NCBI RefSeq assembly: GCF_006345805.1 | Contig: NC_043007.1 | Coordinates: 37,882,001-37,946,000, forward strand | Source: Octopus sinensis | Lineage: Eukaryota | Direction: 5' to 3' | DNA: 64,000 nucleotides | Shown here: one piece after another, positions 1 through 12,620 of the stretch | Layout of the letters: each line of letters starts with the position of its first letter | Position numbering within the stretch: the stretch's first letter is position 1 | Program-made: the position numbers and the translations under genes | Notes under the pieces: model-generated | What the model was told of the DNA's origin: nothing | The model's database searches: none | The model's input: only the letters and a program-made list of their open reading frames with translations

Positions 1-1200
1 GATCAACTGGAACCCAAGGTCCTGTAGCTGCTTCAGGCATGTGAATGATATCCTAATACTTATATCCTCCTGAGTGGAGGCCATCGTCATATACCAGAAA
101 TTCGGCAACACCAAAAAACATGGATTTCTCGATCAAGCACCCTGACCAGTTTGGAGCCTTTTTCCTGCTTAATTTCCAACTCAGGTTTACATCAAGTTCC
201 ACAAGAAAGTAACTAGTAGGAACCTGCTTGTGCAATACAAATCAGGCCTTGTTCACCATAACTAGAACCACCTACATATAAAATGAAATCTCACACATAA
301 ACAACAGGTGCAGCAAAGTAATTGAGAAAGCTGTCAAAACCAAATGGTTCCAGAAGATCCTACTAAACAACAGCTATTCACTATCTTTCACCAAACAGCA
401 ACTTATAAACAATACTAAAATTAATAAACTTCATAAGAAGGCCTGTACTCCCAAGACTAATATGTGCTTCTAAAAACTACCCTACTTCAACAACAGAACC
501 GCTTCTGCAATTTCATCATGCAATTCACAAGGTGGAACTAAACATATGAATAGTGCATTCAGGTTCATCGCTGAGGAAATTTGTCCAGAAATCATACCTA
601 TTTCTTTACTACCCACAAGGGGCTAAACACAGAGTGGACAAACACGGACAAACAAACAGATTAAGTCGATTATATCGATCCTAGTGCACAACTGGTACTT
701 ATTTAATTGACCCTGAAAGGATGAAAGGCAAAGTCGACCTCGGTGGAATTTGAACTCAGAATGTAACGGCAGTCGAAATACGGCTATGCATTTTGCCCGG
801 TGTGCTAACGTTTCTGCCAGCTCACCGCTTTATCCAGAAATCATACCACAAACAGCATTGTTGGGTGTTCACTGTCCAATTAAGCCATTGACAACTTTAA
901 AACGTTCTTGAGAGCCTATGTAGCATATGAGGTGATCTGCAATTCCCAGGATATTACAGTATATATTAGAAGCATAGAATGTAACACAAACAACCTTTAA
1001 ATTAAGGAGGCTATCCAAACTGATAAGCTGAAACCAGCATTAAACAATAGACAAGAACTACACAAAACAGACTGGTTGTTGTAATACCAGTCTGCGAATG
1101 TCACTACCCTCACCTACATACCTCACATTTCTACACACATCCTAATGAAGGGGGTCCTAACCTCAAAATATTAAAGAAATATAAAGTAAAACTTCAACTG
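1..1200 (+). mobile_element. Decayed Penelope-like retroelement fragment (RT C-terminus and GIY-YIG end), interrupted by a SINE
   Basis: Hand translation of broken frames gives CFRHVNDILI (about WFRYVDDI) near 30-60 and FSIKHPDQFGAFFLLNF (about FTiE...LPFLD) near 125-175. Near 990-1055 it gives L*IKEAIQTDKLKPALNNRQE, resembling the GIY-YIG C-terminal EA..I...P.LN motif. Many stops and frameshifts. Confidence 0.65.
599..832 (-). mobile_element. tRNA-derived SINE (family A) with 15-bp TSD
   Basis: TSD tccagaaatcatacc at 584-598 and 833-847. B-box-like gagttcaaattcc on the minus strand. Many homologous copies in the window. Confidence 0.85.
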
Positions 1201-1913
1201 TCATTCTGTCTTTACTTCTGCATTTCATTTCACACTGTTTCAGACGTAACAAGTTTTTATCCATTACACACACACACACACACACAAATATACAGATGTG
1301 AATATATAATCATATCAAAGGGAAATGGAAATTAATTAAAATTTACATTTCCAGTGGTCTAACGTGTAAAAATTTAGTCCAAAAGACTATGTATTAGTCA
1401 TAAGATACAGTGTAGATTTAAACACACGAGAAATCCAGCAACATTCCTGTCGAATTTTATCCCTAATTTTGTGGTTATAGAACCTAGCTGTTCTTTCTAG
1501 CGTGTTGAATCCCATGAGTGGATTTCTCATGTGTTTAAATGTACACTGCATCTAATGTGAATATATATATATAGATATATTACACACACACACACACAAA
1601 CACATACAGTTATAGATACACCAACAGTCCAACTCATGCCAACATGGAAAATGGATGTTAAATAATGATGATACACATAGGTATATACATACACATAGGT
1701 ATATACATAGGCACAAGTACATACATTCATGTGCATACATGCATGCATAGGAGTAGAGCATTCTTTCATATATTGTAACTGAAAGACTCATAATTTCACT
1801 ACTCAAGTTACATGTTATCAATGACTCAGCTGATAAATCAAACTAGTTTCTCCTTCAAATATCTGTTGTTTGAATACATTTTGAAATATTACGAAGAAAA
1901 TGCTTATCTTTAT

Positions 1914-2373
1914 AATAAATCTCTGAACGAGGTATAAACAGTAACTGCACGACAATGTGAAGTATATTTGCCATCTAAATATGGCTAACCACTAACGGTG
2001 GATGTTACTGCAGCTTGTAGCCCCAGAACATCTTCTCCAGCTGGCTATTGACACACTTTCTGTGCCCTATCGGCATTTGCAAATGGAAGCCATCCTTCCC
2101 ATCGTCGACCTGATGTGATACACACGGACCCGGGTTTCTGGATATTTACCCGTTATCAGTGCATGACATTTACCGGTCTTCGATGCGAAGGTGTCCCAAT
2201 GCGAATACATATATCCTTTTTCCAGTAACTTTTCGTTACTGATCTTGAAAAAGTGTATACAAGCAATAACAAATCTCTGAACAAGGTATAAACAGTTACT
2301 GCACAACAATGTGAAGTATATTTGCCATCTAAATATGGCTAACCACTAACGGCGGATGTTACTGTAGCTTGTA
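1914..2373 (-). mobile_element. Partially tandem 355-bp-unit insertion with about 105-bp direct repeats and a hammerhead-like motif (retrozyme-like)
   Basis: Direct repeats 1917-2022 and 2272-2376 (period 355). Flanking duplication gcttatctttat at 1902-1913 and 2374-2385. Confidence 0.6.
2121..2165 (-). ncRNA. Degenerate minimal type I hammerhead ribozyme-like motif
   Basis: Minus strand reads catgca-CTGATAA-cgggtaaatatcca-GAAA-CCCGGG-TC-cgtgtg. Helix III is the palindrome ACCCGGGT followed by a GUC triplet. Three A-for-G deviations from an ideal fold. Confidence 0.45.
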
Positions 2374-2924
2374 GCTTATCTTTATGTTCTTTTAAAAAAA
2401 AAAAACCTTCTAAGCAGCACATGCTTGATCACTGAATTATGTAGATGACTGAAATGCTTGAAAAAACTTTTGAGCACTGTGTGTGAAAAGTTAGGCAGAG
2501 ATCTATGTAGTGATGTAAATAAATGAAAACAATGCTGGTGCCACAATGAAATGCATCATGTTCATACTATATAATGGCCAGCATTAGGAAGGGTATTAAG
2601 CCATAAAAACCCATACCAAATTAAGTAAGACATATGTAAGACATGCTCCTTTAATCCATCTATAAATGCAGTAACTCTGAACAGGAATTCACCTGGATCA
2701 TGACAGCCTGACCAATCCATGCCAGCATAGAAAATAAATGCAAAACGATGATAATGACAAAGATAACCACATACGTGAGTAATTTCATATATAGCTGAAC
2801 AGGTATGGTTGGGCAGGTAAATGTACAAATTTACATTTGAATAGCTAGAAATACTTATAAACTTAGCAAGACTAGTGCACATGAATTTGTACACATTAGC
2901 ATCAGAGATCATAAAAATATTTAC

Positions 2925-3107
2925 TTACAGATGTATACACACATTCATATATAAATATATAAACACAAGTATACATACAAGCATGTGTGAGTATGTGTGT
3001 GTGTGTGTAGACATGTATAGATACACACACACATAAGTGTATATATATAAGTTATATTTCTGTGCACATAAGGTGCACACAATCTCATTCGTACACACAT
3101 GTACATC

Positions 3108-3143
<36 letters not shown>

Positions 3144-3163
3144 AGTATTCATATAATACATAT

Positions 3164-3230
<67 letters not shown>

Positions 3231-3394
3231 GATGTGACAGAAGTAACACAGAAACACAAGTGTATTTTTATTTGCACACATACACACAAATATATCACTC
3301 TCTCCTTTCCCTCACCCTGTTTCATGTGTAAATACAAGTATTTTTATGAGCACTAGTGAATCTCAGTGAGAGAGAGAAAGAGAGAGAGAGTGTG

Positions 3395-3467
<73 letters not shown>

Positions 3468-4060
3468 CCATGTGAAACACGAGCACTAATTAAAAATAGT
3501 AAAACCAGTTTCTAAAGAGGTGTGATTTATTTCCTTATGTCAGCTGACTTTGTTCATTATTTACACACACACACACACACACACTCTATGTGCACATTCA
3601 TGGACAGATACACACAAATCCCAACACACACACACACACACATGCATACATTCATGGATACACTCAAACTCGTACACAAAACACACGGATACATGTAAAT
3701 ACATAGCCCCTCCCACTCCACATAAATATACACATATAAACATGATATACCCAATCACACACATGCACTCATACAGATATACACACACACACAGATATGA
3801 GCCAATGTACCAGGATAATTTGTATATATGTATATGCATATACATATATATAAACATACACAAAGTACAAATATCAACTTAAAACATAATGAAAACTGAA
3901 CAAAAACAACACACACATTTATACACTAACAAAATAAGCACAAACAATGCACAAAATTATACAAATGTACATGTATAATTTTCAAACACACACACACACA
4001 TATATACCTACATTCTTTATGCTACGCCCACACATATACACCTGTATACCTACGCATATA
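2925..4060. repeat. Compound (CA)n/(TA)n/(GT)n microsatellite-rich region
   Basis: Long pure tracts at about 3110-3137 (TA), 3165-3227 (CA) and 3389-3465 (GT). These explain the low-complexity ORFs. Confidence 0.95.
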
Positions 4061-4156
4061 TGCACTTACCAAATAAGGACAAATACAGAATTACAAAATT
4101 AATGCAAACACATACACATTCCTTATAAATGAATACATGCCTTACATTCACAAAAT

Positions 4157-4575
4157 CATCATCATCATCATCGTCGTTTAACGTCCGCTTTCCATGCCAG
4201 CATGGGTTGGACGATTTTGACTGAGGGTTGGCGAACCAGATGACTGCACCAGGCTCCAATCTTGATATGGCAGAGTTTCTACAGCTGGATGCCCTTCCTA
4301 ATGCCAACCACTCCGAGAGTGTAGTGGGTGCTTTTACATGCCACCAGCATGGGGGCCAGTCAGGCGGTACTGGCAACAACCTCACTCAAAACTTTTTACA
4401 CATGCCACCGGCACAGGTGCCAGTAAGGCGACACTGGTAATGATCATGCTTGAATGGTGCTTTTTACGTGCCACCGGCACAGAGCCAGTTAGCCGCTTTG
4501 GCAACGATCACGCTCAGATGGTGCTCTTAGCACCCTACTAGCACGGGGCACAAGTGCCAGTAAGGCGATGCTGGT
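4157..4575. mobile_element. Interspersed repeat family D ((CAT)n-ended, with internal gtgccagtggcacgtaaaaagcac subrepeats)
   Basis: Homologous copies in the opposite orientation at about 14455-14815, 29690-30221 and 53225-53583. Confidence 0.75.
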
Positions 4576-4667
4576 AACAACTACCCTCATCATCATTGTT
4601 GTCATCATATTATCGCCCACTTTTCCATGCTTGCATGGGTCACACAGAATTCATTGAGACAGATTTT

Positions 4668-5302
4668 GGATCTTTACCTTTTGATCGACAGATTTAAAAA
4701 ATTATTTTTTGTAACTGAACACTTTCAAACTTTGGACACTGGTAGAATGTGTCATATAAAATATCTTTTACTCTTAACATTTTTGAGAAAAACTTATATT
4801 TAGGAAGTTATTTCATGTTAAATTTGTCCTATTTCGGTAATTTCAACCAATCAGTGACATGTATTCAGCTGAATAAAATTACTACCATTGTTTGTCAACA
4901 ACCCTCAGCAGTGTATATTTCGTTTGTCACTGTTATTTATGACATCGTTCATGCATTTGTACTGGTTTTAGCTTTAAGGTTTTAGGGTTAGGGTGTTCGG
5001 GTTAGGGTTTTAGGGTTAGGGTTGTCATAAATAACAGTGACAAACGAAATATACATCGTCGAAAGTTCTTGTTGACAAACAACAGCAGTAATTTTATTCA
5101 GCTGAAAACATGTCATTGATTGGTTGAAACCACCAAAATAGGACAACTTTAACGTGAAATAACTTCCTAAATATAAGTTTTTCTCAAAAATGCTAAGAGG
5201 AAAAGATATTTTATATGACACATTCTACCAGTGTCCGAAGTTTGAAAGTGTTTAGTTACAAAAAATTATTTTTTAAATCTGTAGGTCAAAAGGTAAAGAT
5301 CC
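4668..5302. mobile_element. Foldback DNA element with about 290-bp TIRs, GGATC ends and 8-bp TSD
   Basis: Left arm (4668 to about 4950) is the reverse complement of the right arm (about 5022-5302). TSD cagatttt at 4660-4667 and 5303-5310. TTAGGG-like spacer. Confidence 0.9.
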
Positions 5303-5543
5303 CAGATTTTTTCTATGATTAGATGTCCTTCCTGATAATATTTTTTTATGGCCAAACATGTTTTCACAGATGAGAAATGAAGGTCACCGGTTGTATAACA
5401 GTGTCACTTGTTTACAACTACCACGTGATGATACCAAGACAAGAAGACAGTAATACACAGTAACAGTACACATTGTTATCATTTCACAAATATTCCATGC
5501 TGGCACAGGTTGGATGGTTTGACAGGATCTGACAAGTCAGAGG

Positions 5544-5601
<58 letters not shown>

Positions 5602-6177
5602 ATACACACACACACAAACACAAACACATATACACACACGTGTATGTGTATATGTATGATGGGCTTCTTTCAGTTTCCATCAACCAGATCCACTCACAAA
5701 GCCTTCGTAGGCCTAGAGCTATATAGTAGAAGACACTTGCCCAGTGTCACAAAGTGGGACCAAACCTGGAACAGCGTGGGTGGGAAATAAACTTCTCAGC
5801 CACACAGGCACTTAGGTTGTCATTTAATTAATCACATACATTATACTACACCTAAGTTGTCAGATAACTGCTTACATACGTTACACCACACCTTTATTTT
5901 CACATAGCTACATACACTATACATTATGCTTATATTATTATTAGGCATTATATCACTCCTACAGTTACAGGTAAATACTTCCTCATGCTATGCCATGCTT
6001 TTATCTCTATCATCAACTACAACAGTAGCACAAATCAGGCATAGAATTTTGACCCCTGAGCACTGAAAATATATTTTGAGCCTATACAGTATTGGAGCCT
6101 CTGCAACATCATTTAATGTGCTAAAAACAGGAGCTATAATAATCCTCAATTTACAATGCACTATTAAAAAAAAAAGA

Positions 6178-6470
6178 GACATCATCATCATCATCATTGT
6201 TCGACCGTGGTCGAGACAATGGAATTTACCATGCTACGCCAGACTTCACGGTCCATCATAGCATTACGGAGGTCCTGTTGCTGGATGCCTGTATCCTAGG
6301 AGATTACATCAGGGTAGGAGAGTGTGCACCCACTGGTATTGCGAGTAGATGACTTCCAGAGGAGAAGAGGAGAAATTGCCTCGTTTTCAGCTCTACAACA
6401 ATGTCCAGCAAACTGGACTCTCCTACCTTTCACAAGAGACAATGATTCATATAGTCTTAGATATTGGTGA
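6178..6470 (-). mobile_element. RTE-type LINE 3' end with (GAT)n tail
   Basis: Minus strand translates VKGRRVQFAGHCCRAENEAISPLLLWK...YPDVIS*DTGIQQQDLRNAMMDREVWRSMV, a typical RTE ORF2 C-terminus, followed by tgatgatga. Confidence 0.75.
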
Positions 6471-8033
6471 AATAAAAGCTGGGATAGTTACAGATAGAGT
6501 AACTTTGGTCATTGGTCTGCCAGAGAAGGGCTGATAAAGTTAAACGCCTGTTGTCGCCCTTTAGAAAACAGTTTTCTAGGAGGTTACCATAGCTAAGTAG
6601 ACACAAGTATATGGCAAACAGTAAGTACAGAAAATATGCAATATGAAAATATTCCTACCAGTCCAGCCAATGGTGTTGGGAATCGGTTAATTTTCTTAAC
6701 AGAACTTGGTTTGAGACAGTTGAGCAACCTGAAATTATAAAAGGAGATTCCTTTTATTTATAAATACAAACATTACATATAAATATCAAACTATCACATT
6801 CAGTTTATGTTTTATTCTCATATAAGTCACTTTACCAATCAGTTTCATACCAGGAGTTGAGATAAGCCCAGCAATCATCGGAAAAGGATGAAAGGAATAA
6901 TATGCCCACTACATTAGCTAATATATGTGCACTTGTCTTTTCTGACTCATGGATTTTTTAAGAACAATTATACACACACACAACACACTGTACATTGTCT
7001 CCAGGAATCTCACTTCCTACCAATGTTATGTAAAGAATCTCTCCAACAAAAATTATTGCATACATTCTACTAAGATTCATGTGATATCTTTTATCTGTTT
7101 CGGTCATTAGATTGTGGCCATGTTGGGGCACCACCTCAAAGAACTTTTAGCCGAATGAATCAACCCTAATACTTTTTTTTCTTAAAGCCTGATATTTATT
7201 CTACCAGTTTCCTTCTGTTGAACTGATAAGTTATGGGGATGTAAACAAACCAACACATGCATATATATATATATATGTGGCTGTGTGGTATAGCCACAGT
7301 TAAATGACTGAAACAAGTAAAAGAATATACATATATATATATATACATACATATATATATGTACATATGTACATACATATATGATGGGCCTCTTTCAGTT
7401 TCTGTCCACCAAATCCACTCCCAAGACTTTTGATTGGCCCAAGGCTAGAGTAGAGGACACTTGCCTAAGGTGCTACACAGTGGGACTGAACTTAGAACCA
7501 TGGAGTTAGGAAGTAAGCTTCTTACCACACAGCCACTCCTGATATGTTCATGGTGAGGTAATATCTAAACAATGACTAAAATAAAAGATGAAGTACATTC
7601 ATTGAAACTCAGATATGACAGTCCCAGATCCACATTGTTGAGAAATAAATGAACCCAGTCAGCAGGATATCAAATGATTTACCATAATACCTCTCTAAGT
7701 TAAAGCGTCATTAAGTTTTTGTTTTTTTTTGTTTTTTGGCTTCTTTCAATTATTTTCATAATGCTGGTTTCATATATAGTAATATTATAATTTTCTGGCC
7801 TATTAAACTCATTTCTATTAATATTTACATTTACACATATTCATTCATTTAATTATGTAGTTATGAGCTGGAAGAGGTATTAGAATAACAGAATGCCTTG
7901 CACTATTCATTCCAGCTCTCTGTACTCTGAGTTCAAATGGTGGTAGCAAATACATTGCTATGGTTTCACCTACTTCATTTTGAAAACACCTGCAGTAGAA
8001 TGTTGGTTGAGGATGTGAGTGATGATGATCTGG

Positions 8034-8760
8034 GAGCTTCCCCGCCCAGGTTGAGACCTCGTCGAGAGCTTCCCCGCCCGGCCCGAGACCTCTTCAAGAG
8101 CTTCCCCACCCGGGCCGAGACCTCGTCAAGAGTTTCCCCGCCCGGGCCAAGACCTTGTCGAGAGCTTTCCCGCCCGGGCCGAGACCTCGTCGAGAGCTTC
8201 CCTTCCTGGGCCGAGACCTTATTCAGAGCTTTCCTTCCTGGGCCGAGACCTTGTCGAGAGCTTTCCCGCCTGGGCCAAGACTTCGCTCCCTAGGCCGAGA
8301 CCTCGTCGAGAGCTTCCCCGCCCGGGCCAAGACCTTGTCAAGAGCTTCCCTGCCCAGGCCAAGACTTCGTCCAGAGCTTCCCCTCCTGGGCCGAGATCTC
8401 GTCCAGAGCTTCCCCTCCTGGACCGAGACCTCATCCAGAGCTTCCGCTCCTGGGCCAAGACCTCGTTGAGAGATTCTCCTCCCGGGCCAAGACCTCATCA
8501 AGAGCTTCTCCTCCCATGCCGAGACTTCATCGAGAGCTTCTCCTCCCGTGCCGAGACCTCATTGAGAGCCTCTCCTCTCAAACCGAGACCTTGTCGAGAG
8601 CTTCTCTCAGGCTGAAACCTCATCAAGAGCTTCTCCTCTCAGGCCAAGCCTTCACCAAGAATTACTCTTCTGAGGCAAAGTCCCAATCAATCAATAGCTT
8701 CTCTCAGGTTGTCCTAATCAAGAGTTTCCCTTTTTAGTTTAAGATCTCATTAAGTTCTTT
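8034..8760. repeat. GC/CpG-rich 32-bp minisatellite, about 20 clear units decaying toward the right
   Basis: Unit gagcttccccgcccgggccgagacctcgtcga. Unit starts at 8034, 8066, 8098, 8130, 8162, 8194, 8226, 8258, then 8310 through 8598 at 32-bp spacing. Confidence 0.95.
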
Positions 8761-9439
8761 AAATGCAATTTAAAAATGAAGGCGGGGACAGAGAGCAAGA
8801 TACTTCTCTCCAGTAGATTTTATGGAAGGTGAGTGAGAGTACTAAAATCAGTATGATTAAAAGGTCCTAACAATACAGCTGGAGCCTAAGCAACAAGAGC
8901 AGGAAGAAGGCATTTGTTTTTGAGTTATTTATGGAGTTTCCTGAATCCCTCTATGTGATTTATCCTTCCTTTATTTTGGGTTTCCGTTTTGTTATATATT
9001 CATCTATATTCTATTATCATCATCATTATTTAATGCATGTTTTCTACAGTGGTAGGAGTTGGATGATTTGATAGCATGCTGAGCCTCAGGGCTGCACAGA
9101 TTATTAGTGTAAACTTTAGCAAGATTTCTACGGCTGAAATGCCCTTCCCAAGGCTAAGTGTATTTTTTGCCACCAGCACTAGTGAGATTGCTGAGTAACT
9201 TGTAAGACTGAATAAGAACAGGGAGAAAAGGAAAAAACAAAGCTACAGCAACTAAGTGGGAAGGGGTGTATGAGAGGGTGGTAGTGGCTTTACGATAGGT
9301 ATTGAAAGGAACAAGTTGATAGAGAACAAGTTGATAGAGAACAAGTACAATTATCTTGCCACAAAACAGATACGTAATAGCAGACATGATACTGATTAGC
9401 ATTTCACCCAGCATGCTAACGTTTCTGCCAGCTCGCCGC

Positions 9440-9780
9440 CTTCATAATTCTAAGCAAACAAATCTAGACTTGTTTTTTAAAAAGAAATCTACAAATCCGT
9501 CTATGAGTACTTGTGAATTGGCAATCACGCCTACAAGTGATGATATGCGCGTGTCTAGTGCAAGTGAAAGTGATCCAGAAAACAATTATAATAATATTTT
9601 TTATCATAAATGATCTTGACATTCTTTTTACTGAAATAAAATATTCTTTACATTCCACTGTTGTTTTATTGCCATTTATTTATGAGTATTTTAAATTTTA
9701 CAGGTAAAATACTTTTCCAGGAACGAATTATGACTTATAACATTGCTCTGCTTTACAAGTTTTCACTTTACAAGTAGTCT
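9440..9780 (+). mobile_element. Probable pogo/Tigger-like transposon 3' relic
   Basis: SKQTNLDLFFKKK resembles the Tigger C-terminal QTxLDxFF motif. Degenerate ggaacgaatt-like subterminal motifs end in actgta. Confidence 0.4.
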
Positions 9781-9869
9781 CCGGGAACAAGTTGACTCTT
9801 ATATCAAGACATTACTGTACTTCTCAATTTCTTTGGTACCCATTCTATTATCATATGATATTGCAAAGA

Positions 9870-10185
9870 TTTTATGCATATGTACATATACGCATATGTA
9901 TGTATCATATACACACACATACATATACACACATACATATATATACACACGTATATATATATATATATATATATACACATGTATATATATACACACACAC
10001 ACATATGTACACACATATATATGCACACACACACATATGTACACACATATATATGCACACACACATATATACACACATATATGCACACACACATATATAC
10101 ACACATATATATACTCACACGCACACACACACACACACACACATACATATGCATATACACAGGTGTCTATACACACACATGCATC
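9870..10185. repeat. Compound (TA)/(CA)/(TACA) microsatellite
   Basis: Directly visible; it produces six overlapping low-complexity ORFs. Confidence 0.95.
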
Positions 10186-10938
10186 TTGAGATTTTGTGGT
10201 GAACATGTGTATTTTGTGTGAGAAGATTTAAAGATCCAAGTCCCACAGACACAGAGGGTGTGTCTCCACCCTCATAACAAAAGAGCATGACAAATATGTA
10301 TTAAAAAAACGTAACAACAATAATAAACTGAATGAATAAGTTTGACATTCTTTATCAAAATATCTGAAGCTTTACTCAGATGTTCGTATTGATTTTTTTA
10401 AAAAATAAATTCAGCCTTTTGTAATGAAATGGGAAAATATTTTTGACCGTAATATATTACTATCATTTCATTAATCACCATCATTATATATGTGATGAGA
10501 TGGCAGATTTGGTAGAGTGACAGTCAAAATGCCTTATGGTATTTTTGTTACATGTCATCACGAGTTCAAAACCCACCACAGTCAACTTTTGTCTTTCATC
10601 TACCCAGTCATCAATATTGATTTGTTACACTGGCATGAGGCCACAAATATTTGGGGAGGGCTGTAGTTGATTATACTGACCCCAGTTCTTGACTGGTTCT
10701 TTATTTTGTTGACCATAGAGAGATGAAAAGTACATGGCTCTAATTGACATTTTGTCTAGTACACAGTAATATAAAGATATATCAAGTACTGGGATGGGTT
10801 TAATTGACACTGCTCTCTCAGGGAATTTGCAGCTATATTCTCATATCAGAATCATCATTATACAAGAGTGCAGGGTGGTGATCTGGCAAAATTGTTACTA
10901 AGCCAGACAAAATGATAAATGGCATTTCTTCTACCTCT

Positions 10939-11149
10939 TTACTCTTTTACTCTTTTACTTGTTTCAGTCATTTGACTGCAGCCATGCTGGAGCACCGCCT
11001 TCAGTTCATCAAATCGACCCCAGGACTTATTCTTTGTAAGCCTAGTATTCTATCGGTCTCTTTTGCCGAACTGCTAAGTTACGGGGACGTAAACACACCA
11101 GCATCGGTTGTCAAGCGATATTGGGGGCACAAACACAGGCATACAAACG

Positions 11150-11184
<35 letters not shown>

Positions 11185-11510
11185 GTGACAGGCTTCTTGC
11201 AGTTTCCATCCACCAAATCCACTCACAAGGCTTTGGTCGTGAGTTCAATTCCCGGTGACACATTGTGTCTTTGAGCAAGACACTTTATTTCATGTTGCTC
11301 CAGTCCACTCAGCTGGCAAAAATGAGTTGTACCTGTATTTCAAAGGGCCGGCCTTGTCACACTCTGTGTCACGCTGAATCTCCCTGAGAACTACGTTAGG
11401 GGTACACGTGTCTGTTGAGTGCTCAGCCACTTGCACGTTAATTTCACGAGCAAGCTGCTCCATTGATCATATCAGCTGGGACCCTCGTCATCGTAACCGA
11501 CGGAGTGCTC
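10939..11510. mobile_element. Adjacent SINE fragments: family C (minus, about 10939-11240) and family B body (plus, about 11239-11510)
   Basis: Homology to the full copies at 13552, 40579 and 17586. Confidence 0.75.
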
Positions 11511-12012
11511 CTACATTTGAAAGAATAAACTGAATGCTAAAGGATCAATGTGTTAACCATTTTAACAATCATGGTAGTTCAATGTGCTAATGACTCAATC
11601 TTGAAAGCTTAATGTGCTAACGACTGACAATCCTAGTATGTTAACCATCAGACAATCCTCATATGTTAACTGCTCAATTATTTTGATACAGAATAAATTT
11701 AGTTCTTGAAAATCAATGACAAGTTGTTACTCGTTAAACCAAAGATTAACAGGAGATTAAATAGTGAGATAAACAGTGAAGATCTGAATAGTCTGTGACA
11801 TGTTAAATTTCTAGGTCAGCTTTAAGTATTTGACTAGTTTTTACCATAACACAGTTTGGGGTTTTCTGTGAGGTTTTTATCATTCTTTAAACATTTTTTT
11901 CTTATATTTCATTTCTCATTGTGGTCGATTTGAAAAGAAAAGAGAAGTGACAATAACAATCTTCCTATTCCATCTAGATCAGTGGTCCAGGATAAATGCA
12001 GACAGTGCTTAA

Positions 12013-12222
12013 CCCTTTAGCATTTGAGCTGACCATGTCCAGCCCAGGTATTCTACCCGTTTTATGTTCAAACTGACCAGATCTGGCCTCTCACATTGTC
12101 ACTCTAAAAAATAAACAACCACATCATGAAAATCTTGAAGCTACAAGATAATGCATGATTAATTCAAGATAATGTGAATAAATAAACATTACATTTGACA
12201 TAAAAATCTGAATGTTAAAGAA
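12013..12222. mobile_element. piggyBac-type MITE (TTAA TSD)
   Basis: TTAA-ccctttagcatt ... aatgttaaagaa-TTAA. Homologous to the 31855-32074 copy. Confidence 0.7.
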
Positions 12223-12249
12223 TTAAATGTGAACTGTTTCAGAATATAA

Positions 12250-12620
12250 TATATAATATAATGAAATTATTGTATACAGTGCTCAGGTGCACAACAACTT
12301 GTCAGAAAGTGCGTATAAAGTATATGCAGTAATGTACAAATATCTGGAAAGTGAACAGTGTATGAGTCAGATACATGCTTGTGTGTGTATGGAGGGGAGA
12401 TAATCAGGTGTAGTGTTGGCGAATCTCAGGAAGCATGGAAGTTTTGAAGGATGCAGTGCTCCGACAACTAACAACTGATGCCGGCAGTTTGTTCCATACT
12501 TCAGCAACTCTTAGTGTGAAAAAAATGTTTCCTAAAGTCATGGGAGCTGTGCTGTTTTCTGACTTTGTAAATATGTCCACGGGTGGAGTTTGAAAAGGTG
12601 CTCAGAGTTATTATTTGTAA
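12250..12620 (-). mobile_element. CR1-type LINE 3' fragment
   Basis: Minus strand gives STRGHIYKVRKQHSSHDFRKHFF, then after a frameshift LRVAEVWNKLPASVVSCRSTASFK. This matches the CR1 RT C-terminal TRGH...RK.FF..RV...WN.LP...FK pattern. Confidence 0.75.

Noticed and set aside
2925-3900. Many 60-150 aa ORFs rich in HT/CV/YI here and at 9.8-10.2, 27.7-28.0, 33.0-33.3, 38.6-39.1 and 54.0-54.2 kb
   Set aside because: They are translations of dinucleotide and trinucleotide microsatellites.
4980-5023. Interstitial telomere or chromosome fusion site
   Set aside because: The TTAGGG-like tract is short, degenerate and internal to a TSD-flanked transposon family.
8034-8760. CRISPR-like array (32-bp periodicity, palindromic unit)
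   Set aside because: Units are head-to-tail with no unique spacers, there are no cas genes, and the context is eukaryotic.
8776-8834. Mini-exon ATG...GGAAG|GTGAGT (MKAGTESKILLSSRFYG)
   Set aside because: The donor is good, but there is no recognisable homology, promoter or downstream exon.
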